Assembly: GCF_000743755.1 (NCBI RefSeq) | Contig: NW_014569534.1 | Location: 1-64,000, forward strand | Source of the DNA: Blastocystis sp. subtype 4 | Taxonomy: Eukaryota | Direction of reading: 5' to 3' | Length of the DNA: 64,000 bases | Shown: piece by piece, positions 24,412 to 34,463 of the stretch | Layout of the letters: each line of letters starts with the position of its first letter | How positions within the stretch are numbered: the stretch's first letter is position 1 | Notes under the pieces: generated by a model | Seen by the model: the letters and a program-made list of their open reading frames with translations, nothing else | Databases searched by the model: none | What the model was told of the DNA's origin: nothing | Position numbers and translations under genes: made by a program

Positions 24412-26000
24412 ATGAGTTCCTATAAAGAGAAAATGAGAAAGATCCAGGAGGAGGAGAAGAAGGCAAAGGAAGTCACCTCAGTGATTGTTCAATTTCAGAC
24501 GGCTGATGTAAAGGTGAATGAGTGTTACTAACTTTATAGGGTGAACGAAAGGGACCTCAAATCGATATTCCCAGTGATTCAACTCCAAGTCAACTTGAGG
24601 AATTACTTAACCAGTTGATTGAATCCGAAGAACCCATCCCATTTGCATTTTATATTGGTGAAAATGAGATTGCTGCGTCTGTTGGAGAGACTTTACGAGA
24701 AATGGTTCTTGTCTTTCTTTATTTCGTGATATATAGGGCCAAACGACGGAAGGAGTGGCTGTCATCCAATACAGACCACTTTCTGTTTATAGAGTCAATC
24801 CGGTCACTCGCTGCACTGACAGCATCCCTGGACATACGGAAGCTATTCTCCATGTTAGTTTTAGTCCAGACGGAACAGTTTTGGGTACTGGAGGAGGAGA
24901 CATGACTGTTCGTTTTTGGGATGTTTCAACTTGTACTCCTATCAAGACGTGTACTGGTCACAAGTAGTTGTTTCCGTCGGGTTTTCATGAATAGAAATCA
25001 TGTTCTGTGTACAGCATGGTCACCAACTGGTCGCATGTATGCAAGTGGCGATAAGAATGGTGATGTAATCATATGGAATACGAAGAATGGTGAGATGATT
25101 TGTAAGCTCTCAGGCCACCGTCAGTGGGTGACGAGTCTCAGTTGGGAACCGCTTCATCTAAATGGAAAATGTGATCGACTTGCCTCTTCTTCACGTGATG
25201 GTACTGTAGTTGTATGGAATGTTCTGTCTCGTCGTAAAGAAATGACTATTTCGGGTCATTCGGATTCCATCGAGTGTTGCAAGTGGAGTGGTGAGAACCT
25301 GATCTATACAGCCTCACGAGATCGTACAATTCGTGTCTGGGGGTTAGAAGGGCCCAATGGAAAGCTTGTTCGAACTCTTGTGGGACATGCACATCGTATT
25401 AATGCCCTTTCTCTCAATACTGATTACATTCTACGATGTGGCGGCTTCGATTGGGAAAAGAAGACTTTTACTTCAGACGAAGAAATGGTCGAGTGTGCGA
25501 AGAAGAAATACGCCGAAATGAAAAAGAATGGACCTGAGCGCCTTTGTTCGTGTTCAGATGACTTTACATTATTCTTATGGGAGCCAACAACCTCGAAACA
25601 GCCGATTGCTCGACTAACAGGACATCAGCAACTCGTTAATCATATCCAGTTTTCACCAGATGGTAGGTATATTGCTTCGGCCTCGTTCGATAAGAAGGTG
25701 AAGATCTGGGATGGTGTTACTGGCAAGTTGGAATGTGTCGGGTAGATAAGAAGTAGATTGCTGAACACTCTGCATGGACATGTGGGTGCCGTTTATCAAA
25801 TCACCTGGTCACCTGATTCCCGATTTGTTGCTTCGGCTTCTCGAGACTCGACGGTGAAGATTTGGAAACCTCTGGGAAAGAAAGCTCTTTATACATTATC
25901 AGGTCATTTAGATGAAGTTTACGGTCTTGATTGGAGTCCGTATGGTCCGCGTGTTGCTTCTGGAGGGAAGGATCGACTTGTGAAGATCTGGAGTGCCTAG
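24412..26000 (+). CDS. NLE1: Notchless/Rsa4 ribosome assembly WD40 protein
   Basis: NLE domain (LEELLNQLIESEEPIPFAFYI), YRVNPVTRCTDSIPGHTEAIL, SCSDDFTLFLW, GHQQLVNH. Confidence 0.95.
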
Positions 26001-26051
26001 TCATTTCAAATGTTTGCAACAAACACTTCATGGAATTTACAAATCCCTGGA

Positions 26052-26495
26052 TTAATAAGCTTGCGAAGGTTCAGCGTCCTCTTTATCATCCTCCTTATCT
26101 TCCTTCTCGTCATCCTCTTCCTCACCTTCCTTCTTCTCAGGAAGCAACTCCGAGTGTACGAAAGGCATCACACCTCCAGAAGCAATTGTGACGTTTCCAA
26201 GAAGAGCATTCAACTCCTCATCGTTACGAACAGCCAACTGAATATGACGAGGAATCACACGGTTCTTCTTTCCCTCCTGAGCCACGTTTCCAGCCAACTC
26301 CAGAATTTCAGCAGTCAAGTATTCAAGAACAGCAGCCAGATACACAGGAGCGCCAGCACCAATACGGTCAGCGACTCTCATATCACGCATGTAACGAGCA
26401 ATACGACCCACAGGGAAAGTAATTCCAGCACGAGAGCTTCGGCTCTGGGTCTTTCCTTCACTCTTACCACGTCCACCTTTTCCTTTTCCAGCCAT
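26052..26495 (-). CDS. Histone H2A, H2A.X-like (C-terminal SQAY) with acidic tail
   Basis: [52 protein letters not shown]. Confidence 0.97.
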   Translation of the reverse strand: MAGKGKGGRGKSEGKTQSRSSRAGITFPVGRIARYMRDMRVADRIGAGAPVYLAAVLEYLTAEILELAGNVAQEGKKNRVIPRHIQLAVRNDEELNALLGNVTIASGGVMPFVHSELLPEKKEGEEEDDEKEDKEDDKEDAEPSQAY

Positions 26496-26752
26496 TATAG
26501 ATTAATACAAAGAAAAAATGGTTGTTGTCGTTTGAAAAGGAGTACGAATTCCGTTGAACCAATCAGGTGGAATCAAATTAAATGATTTGATAAACATTAT
26601 TCTGAAAATTAGAATTTATCCAATAATCTGGTAGCTTCTTTCTTTCACAGATTTGGATGTCACATTCTTTTTAGTGAGTAGAGGTAAGTGATCGTATGTT
26701 CATATTTCTAATGGATTCGGCACAGTGAACTAGAATTTAACGCTTTGTAGAA
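26496..26752. promoter_or_regulatory. Probable bidirectional H2A/H2B promoter
   Basis: 257 nt between divergent ATGs; CCAAT at about 26559 and 26620. Confidence 0.5.
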
Positions 26753-27115
26753 ATGGCAAAAGCACCAAGCAAAAGTGCAAAGGGAACGAAGGCAAAAGGA
26801 GACTTCGCTCATCGTAAGAGAAGAAGACTTGAGACCTATTCTTCGTACATCTATCGTGTGTTGAAGCAAGTCCACCCTGATGTGGGTATTAGCAAACGTG
26901 CTATGGCTATTATGAATTCGTTTGTAAACGATATCTTCGAGAGACTTGCTGATGAGGCAATCAATCTGGCTCGTTACAACAACAAGGCGACCTTGACTGG
27001 AGCTGAGATTCAAACTGCTGTTCGTTTGCTTCTTCCTGGTGAACTTGCCAAGCACGCCATGTCTGAGGGAAGCAAGTCTATCTCCAAGTACTCAACTACT
27101 GGAGGCACCGAATAA
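26753..27115 (+). CDS. Histone H2B
   Basis: [40 protein letters not shown]...[10 protein letters not shown]. Confidence 0.97.
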   Translation: MAKAPSKSAKGTKAKGDFAHRKRRRLETYSSYIYRVLKQVHPDVGISKRAMAIMNSFVNDIFERLADEAINLARYNNKATLTGAEIQTAVRLLLPGELAKHAMSEGSKSISKYSTTGGTE

Positions 27116-27168
27116 TTGTTGTAATTGTAACATGATTAGTAGTGTGTGTTTGTTGTCAAATACTTGTT

Positions 27169-28497
27169 ATGGAACTGTTGAAAGAACCTCAGGAACATAA
27201 ATTTTGGAATACACAACCTGTTCCTCAAGAGGGTTGACTCTGTTGGGAACGAGGTGACTCGTAGATAAGAAAGGTGAAGAAGGCCCCATTGATGAAATCA
27301 AGACTCCTGCTCAGATTCGTGCAGAACCCTATAAACTTCCAACTGGTTTCAAGTGGGTTGATATCGATCTCAATGACGAGAAGGAGGTATGTCTTCATTC
27401 CACTTTTAATCATCTAGATTAATGATGTCTATACTCTTCTGCTGGAGAACTACGTCGAAGACGACGGAGCGCAATTCCGTTTTGCTTACAGTACGGAAAT
27501 GCTTCGGTGGTATGACATTTGGTTTAGGTTCTTATTTGCAGGGCCCTCATGCCTCCCGGATACAAGAAAGAATACCATATTGGTGTACGTTCATCAAAGT
27601 CGGGAGTACTTCTGGGATTCATTTCAGCAGTGCCTCAGAAGATCCATGTGCGTGAGAGCGTAGTTCCCATGGTCGAGGTAGGAGAGGAGGCGACATTGTG
27701 AGAAACAGGTGAATTTCCTCTGCGTCCATAAGAGAATCCGCAGCAAGCGTCTCGCTCCTGTCCTTATCAAGGAGATTACTCGTCGTGTGAATCGAAATGA
27801 TGGATGGCAAGCCATATACACTGCGGGAGTATCGATTCCCACTCCTATTACCAAGGCTGTTTATTTCCACCGTTCATTGAACCCCAAGAAGCTCGTAGAG
27901 ATTGATTTTGCTCGTATTCCTGCTCGTCTCACAATGGCAGGTTATATTCGTTTCTTGCGTCTTCCCGAAGTAGGACTGTAGTAGGGGATGAATAATAGGC
28001 ATTTACAATTCCGGGCTTCCGTCAGACATGTTCGAAGGATATTCCTCAGGTTCTGACATTGATGAAGGAGTACATGAAACAGTTTGCCGTATATCCTGAA
28101 TTCACAGAAGAAGAAGCGCGTCATTTCTTGCTACCTCGCAAGGATGTAGTGGGTAGCTATGTGGTAGAAGACCCACAGACACATCACATTACTGACTTCA
28201 TCTCATTCTTCCACATTCAGTCAACAGTGATGAATAATCCCAAATACAACTCATTTACCGCTACGTACTGTTATTACTATGCTGCCATGAAAACAGATTT
28301 GAAGGTGCTGATGGAGAATGCTCTTGTGGCTGCCAAGAGTGAAGGTGGAGATGTATTTAATGCTCTTGAAGTCATGAACAATGCACAGACTTTCGAGAAT
28401 TTGAAGTTTGCCAGAGGAGATGGCACTCTCCACTATTACTTCTACAATTGGAAGCTGAATTCGATTGAGCCTTCTGCAATGGGCGTTGTTCTTCCTT
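27169..28497 (+). CDS. NMT: Glycylpeptide N-myristoyltransferase; stop completed by poly(A)
   Basis: HKFWNTQPVP, ENYVED, EVNFLCVHKRIRSKRLAPVLIKEITRR, DVFNAL, GDGTLHYYFYNW, ends GVVLP + T. Confidence 0.97.
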
Positions 28498-28501
28498 CTT
28501 T

Positions 28502-28509
28502 TGTTTGTT
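28502..28509 (+). terminator. TGTTTGTT polyadenylation-site motif (NMT)
   Basis: Exact motif; base 5 nt upstream is an in-frame T. Confidence 0.9.
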
Positions 28510-28524
28510 CAAAATCCTCTAGCT

Positions 28525-29085
28525 ATGGTTCGCAAGAAGTTGAGAGAGAAGTCAGGAAAACGTTATATTCCATGGCTATTAAATTATATGTAGAGAAAGC
28601 ACCAAGTCCTAAGACGAACACATTGATCAATCCCACAACTAAACTCTCCCGGTAGATATGTATCAACGAACTGAACAATAGAGGTCAGCGAAAACGACTG
28701 GCAACGAAATTGCATGTGATGAATAAGAAGGGAGAGAATATATTATCTCATTTGGATAAGCAGATACTTGGAGAACAATTAAAGTGAGTCTATTCGATAC
28801 AATCGACAATAGAGCGGAACTTGAGAAGAAGACGGAAACTAAAATGGAAAATGGAAAGAAAATTGCAAGTAAATGTTATAGGAATAATGGTTAGAAAAAA
28901 CAAAAAGGTTCTCCCAAATCACAACATAAGCAGAATGAATTACTATACTCTGAAATGCAACGATACCATGTGAGTGATTTGATGTTATTATAAGGAAAAG
29001 AATGTTGTTCTCACAAATCAAGTGAAAGAGGACCCATTTGAAGCCGTACGACAGTATTTACAGAGTCAATCGCATTCGGAAAAGT
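28525..29085 (+). CDS. Slx9/FAM207A-like ribosome biogenesis protein (putative); stop completed by poly(A)
   Basis: Basic N-terminus, KLSRGQRKRL, C-terminal KEDPFEAVRQYL; several short introns; absent from the ORF track. Confidence 0.55.
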
Positions 29086-29089
29086 TCAT

Positions 29090-29097
29090 TGTTTGTT
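29090..29097 (+). terminator. TGTTTGTT polyadenylation-site motif (Slx9-like)
   Basis: Exact motif; base 5 nt upstream is an in-frame T. Confidence 0.8.
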
Positions 29098-29155
29098 CAC
29101 TTTCATCACGAATTGTTTCTGAACATACTAAGCTTCCGTTATTTCTTGTTTGACT

Positions 29156-29909
29156 ATGGATACATTAAGTTCAAGCAGGATTCTAGTCAATGGAACTGAT
29201 ATCTTCAGTCTTTCAACAATGAGTGTTCAGAATTTGTACAACAAATTGTACGGCTATCAAAAAGAAAATATGATGACGAAAAGTGAATTACTAAATATGG
29301 TTATTGCAAGGCTACTCCCAATCCTAAAGAAGCGAGATGAAGCCCAGTACAAGAGCATATTGAATGTAATTAGTAGAATGCGATTATTGGGTCTACAGAT
29401 TCAACCAATCTCAACTGATAAAGGACTTTTGTATCAAAATCGTTTCCGTATACATAGGTATCCGAATTATGCTGGTAGTTTTGTTACCAAAGAGCTCTTT
29501 TCACTTCCTTTGGTGGACAATATTACTACTGAACCCAAAGTTCCCAAGAACGATAACATTCGTTTACCTACATCGAAGTATTTGAATTGTGCGTGTATGC
29601 GAAATGGTGTATTGGGAAAGGGAAAGGGAAAGAGGGATTTGCCGAACTTGATACAGTCTTTGAAAGCAACTAACTTCTCTGAAGAGAGTATTGCTCAACA
29701 ACCCACATTGGATCAGTCGCTTCAACCTGCCACATTCCATTTTTCGGAGTGTTCTAGTGAAGAGATTGACACGTCATATCCCTCTACTGTCCACTTTTCC
29801 TTCTCGTTGGTCGATGAGTCAGAGTTCAAGTTCCATGAAGCACAGAGTCCCACTGACCTCGATCTTTCATTTACCTATTCATTCAATTTTGTATTTAGTG
29901 AGTCTTTCT
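29156..29909 (+). CDS. Hypothetical protein (about 251 aa); stop completed by poly(A)
   Basis: First part of the 334-aa ORF; in-frame T at 29909 lies 5 nt before TGTTTGTT 29914-29921. Confidence 0.6.
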
Positions 29910-29913
29910 TCTC

Positions 29914-29921
29914 TGTTTGTT
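29914..29921 (+). terminator. TGTTTGTT polyadenylation-site motif inside the 334-aa ORF
   Basis: Exact motif; base 5 nt upstream is an in-frame T. Confidence 0.8.
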
Positions 29922-29959
29922 CGTTTATTCGTTTTCTGTTCGTAAATCCTTTTTTTCAA

Positions 29960-30863
29960 ATGGATCATATTGAACAGTTGGCAAACTTAAAGCATCAACT
30001 CTCTACTGAAATCCATAAACTAGAAACAACAGTGGAAGGGAATGTACAAGTGAGAGGTGCATTAATGGTTACACCCAGATTGATGAACAGCATGATAGAG
30101 TATGCCAAATGGAAAAAGAAATGGAAGATACTATTAATGACTGTATTGATGTAATATCTTTGAAATGGAGTGATCCTTAGTTTTATGAAATTGAGTTACC
30201 CGAAATCGAATCATTCCGAAGTGCTCTGAGAGATTTCCGTTTACGAGTAGCAACAGAAGTTGGATTGAATAGCTAGAGCCGAAAAGCATGGAGTACTATT
30301 CAACAAAGAAGGAAGAATGAACAGATACGAACAGAGAGAGATCTATTACTACAGAGTTGAATTTTGTGTTCAGAGTGACCCATAGAATCGAGTGAACGGG
30401 TAAAGGTGATGGATTCAAAACAGTTGGTGTCATTTACCCCTTCCATCATAGAGTATCATCAGAAATAACAAATTCTTTGCGTCACACAATGCAACTACTA
30501 AGCCAAAATGAGGAAAAGATGTTGAACAGTGGAACAGTACTTGAACAAGACAATTCTTCAATTCATGTTCGTATTTCATGATCTGTGTGATATAGAAAAC
30601 AAATGCTGTACTCCATGACTATTCCAATACGATGAATCATTCATCGACTGTAATTAAACAAATGAAAGTTTGCTTATGGATATTTATATCATGAATAGAA
30701 ACGCGAAGAATTTGAGAAACGCTTCTTATATTTTGCAATCATCTTTCTCGTAATTACCGTTGTAGTCATTGTAATCCAACGCCTCTATGGTTCTATTACA
30801 AATCCAGTTCGTCGACTTGTGAGAGCAGGCTCTTCTTTCTTAAAGACAGTTGGGTTTAAATGA
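29960..30863 (+). CDS. Sec20/BNIP1-like tail-anchored SNARE (putative), multi-exon
   Basis: Coiled-coil N-terminus MDHIEQLANLKHQL; TNAVLHDYSNTMNHSSTVIKQMK followed by RFLYFAIIFLVITVVVIVIQRL; TGA 30861-30863 plus motif. Confidence 0.5.
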
Positions 30864-30934
30864 TTATGTTTGTTGATATGCATGAATGATGGTTTTCGCA
30901 TCTGCAAAATCTTCACTAACAATACTTACTACAA

Positions 30935-31900
30935 ATGGGATCCAGCCAGTCGAGAGAGGTGTTTCTCTCTTATTTGTATCATCATTAGATTAATTATAAA
31001 ACGGATTTAGCCACCGTTGAACCTATCCTCAAGAAGAAGGCTAATAAACTGACAGAAGAGGAGAAGACTACATTACAGACATTCCAAACAACATATTCAG
31101 CAGAAGTAGACCGTTTGGATACCAATGTGAAAACAGCTCTAAGTGTTGTTGGAAAGAAGGAAGAAGCAACTGTAGATACTGTTATGAAAGCGATTGCTGA
31201 TACTCGAGGACTCATTCACAAGGCACGTCTGTTGGTGAAAGAAGTCAGTTCTTGCAATACTGTTAAGCGTAGAAAGATAAGATGAAAGCAGAGTGCTATC
31301 AAAAAGCGAAGGAAGCAGCACTTCGGAAGGATTCAGTACAAATAGACACCCTATTTTACATCTAGGAGAAATCTAAAACGTATTTGCTTCAATACAAGTA
31401 GGGATTGTTGTGTGATAGTGATGAAGACATCACAAAGAGTCTGCAGATATCCTTCGTAAACGAATAGATGTTATGAGTCAGAATGTGACAGTTCATGAAT
31501 TCTGTAATGAATAGTTGCATTCGATCCAAACTGGTCGAGAAGATAATGAGATGGTGGCCGTACTCAAGCAGTTATCTACGAGTCTAGGATCAATTACATC
31601 TGTACGTTCTTCGAAAACCGTAATATTTAGCAAATCGATTCTCTAAGTCCTGAAGAATTGCATGATCGAATTGAAAATTTGGATGACTATCTTAAAGAAA
31701 TTGATGCCGTCGATGAGGACTTTATCGATGACGATGTGGATCTGGATGATTACATGAGTGCACTGGATGCAGATATTGCTACTGATGCAGAAAAAGGTAT
31801 GGCTCTTCCAGTTGCTCCTGTAACAGTTCCTTCTGTATCAAAATCAGTGAAACAGGTTGATGAGAGTGATATATCAACCAAAGTAGTTGAAATGGAGTAG
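30935..31900 (+). CDS. Snf7-family ESCRT-III protein with MGSSQS myristoylation motif (Vps20/CHMP6- or CHMP7-like)
   Basis: LHSIQTGREDNEMVAVLKQ...LHDRIENLDDYLKEIDAV...acidic tail with LPVAP; multi-exon. Confidence 0.6.
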
Positions 31901-32130
31901 AATTGTCGTGTTTGTTAGCTATTCAATCGAAATGACTCTTCATAATCGGTACCTATCATAATTTATGGGCCCTATTATATTCTTAATGGGATTAGCTTAA
32001 TCGATCTTCTTCCTATATATAGCATCTATTCTTTGTCATCCGTTCAATCAGTCAAAGTCATCTTCAAACCAATATTTCTCGGTAGAAATCAAGTCTCGTT
32101 TTCTCCCTTTGCGAATTTTGATAGTAATTA

Positions 32131-34442
32131 ATGGAAACTCTATCTCTATGTGAGATAAAGAAAGAAAATCAAGCGAAGGAAGAAGAAGCTGCTGCTCTCC
32201 CCTCATGTACTGAGGGCATTGACATTTCAACGGAAGTTTCATGTCAAGTAGATAGAAATGGTAAGGAATGGATTCTTCTCAGTTGTTTGTATTTTACCAT
32301 AATGTAGAGAATCTAGACGAAGTAACCATGGAATCCAAATCGGAGCAAGTTTCTAAATCGGTATGTGGAACAAGTGTTTTCTTATCTTGAAGGATGATAT
32401 AGATGACCAGAAGTCTTCTACCCAGAATCTTGATGAGGTCAGTTCTATAGAGAGTACGCTTATTTTCCAAATTTTGATCCTAAGAGGGCGAAGATAATGC
32501 GGAGACCGTTCAATCATCATCAAATGCTGCTAAACCTCTGCGACCGATTCTTCCTATTAAGAAAGAGGATACAGATACTATTAGTAGTGATGACCGAGAT
32601 GTCCAGCTACTATTATCGATGTGGAGACGAAACTCTAAACACTCTCCAAATGATATCACGAGTAATTTAGATATGCTGGGAGTGATTTCTAGCAGGTGAA
32701 AGACGATATCGTGGCATCTACGAGAAATCAGGTGAATCATCTTTATTTTGTGTGATTTGTAGGTCGATGGAATGCCCAGATTCAACATCAAGGAAAAAAA
32801 TACTACTTGGGTTCGTTTGATACAAAGGAAGAAGCAGCCTTAGAATATGATCGAGCTGCATTGAAGTACCATGGAGAACATGCTGTTGTGAACTTCAATA
32901 CAACTTCTACAGAGAAGGATCCTTTTGCTGCTTTGGACCGTCCAGTTACAGAAGTATATTCTACTGAGCATAGTGTGTCAGGAACAGAATCACAATCAAT
33001 CAAAGGAATAACCGATTTACAGAATGATCAGTCCAGTCTCGTCTCAATGTTAATGGGAATTCGTTCAATGCCTTCAACAGGATCGTCTCTTACTACAGAG
33101 CTTGCTTCGGATGAGCCTGGTGAAGATCATACTCCTGAAGGTCCTAGTACTGAAGTTCGCACCTCTGGAACTCATCCCAATTCTGAAGGACATGTAGAGA
33201 ATTCTGGATTGGAAGGTCGTACTTCTGAAGAACACCGTGCTGAAGATTCTACTACTCTTGAGAATACGATGGAGACTTCAGGTGGAAATCATCGATACAA
33301 TACACGGCATATTCACATCTCGACAGCAGAATGTGTAACTACTCCAGCGAGTCGTTCTGCCAAGCGACGTAAGATGAAAAAAGCCCAAGAAGGAGATAGT
33401 GATGAATCTACTGTGCCTACGTTTGAATCTTTACTAAAAGCAGGATCTGAATCCGAAGACTCGGTGGTTGCAGCTGCTTCTTCTCTTTCTCCTTATGTTG
33501 CTGTTCCTGGTCTTTTGAATCCCACTGAGAATAAGTAGAGACATGCCATTACTCTTATGTAGATCTCGTGAACCCACTACAGATGTTCCTGTTTCTCCTC
33601 TTATTCCTCAGAGTATGGCATTCCCGACAGCAGTGTCTTCGGTCTGCTATCCTCAAGTGAAATGGCTCCCAACAACTCCAGAAATACCCAAACGGAAACG
33701 CCGAGACCACCCTTCTCCTGTCTATCAAATCTATCCTCCGAACACAGCTGTTCCTTCGTCTTCATTACCTCCAGTGGTCTATTCATTCTATTGTATTTTT
33801 CCGGTAGATATCAGGTGAGAGTGATAAGTCTAGGATGGTACAATGCACATTTGCTTCTCCACAGCCAATGATTTCATGGCTCTCAATAAGCGTCCACGAA
33901 TCGAAAAGAAGGTTGTTCCAAGAGGAGCAGCAGTTTCTTCGAGAAAGGATGATCGTTCAAATGGACAAGGAGATGATGAAGAAACAGACGGATTGAATAG
34001 CCCTTTGAAAGTACACATTAATGAAACTCCTGATCCATAGTCGTTAAAACGACCTAATCATTCGAAGTGGGCCAAAACACTGTTAATGAAATGGTTAACG
34101 AATCCTGTTCATTTCTTCAACCCATATCCATGTGCTACAACGAAACGAATGTTAGCAATGGAAACTAATCTCCGTGAAGATCAAATAGCAAATTGGTAGA
34201 TACTTTACTGATAGATAATTTGTAGGTTTGTGAATACCCGAAAGCGTTTCCTTACTCCAATTATTGCCGAAATTCAACGAATCTATGGAGCCAAAAAGTT
34301 TGATCTAATTCAGACAAAACGTGATTTATATGACTTATTAAAGGAATTGATGAAAGATTCTACAAATCGATCATACAATGTACAATGGATAGCTTCTTTC
34401 TTAGCTGATACTAATTGTTGCTGGTTTGATAATGATTCTTAA
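32131..34442 (+). CDS. Transcription factor with AP2/ERF domain and TALE-class homeodomain
   Basis: [54 protein letters not shown] (about 32700-32897) and LLMKWLTNPVHFFNPYPCATTKRMLAMETNLREDQIANWFVNTRKR (about 34041-34250). Confidence 0.75.
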
Positions 34443-34463
34443 AGTGTTTGATTAAAACAGTTC

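Noticed and set aside
26010..27055. Antisense ORFs over H2A (191 aa) and H2B (115 aa)
   Set aside because: Shadow frames of conserved genes with no independent features
27116..27168. Histone 3' stem-loop
   Set aside because: No such hairpin seen; TGTTTGTT is present instead
28498..28655. C-terminal extension of NMT
   Set aside because: Explained by the missing genomic stop; the region holds the motif and the start of the next gene
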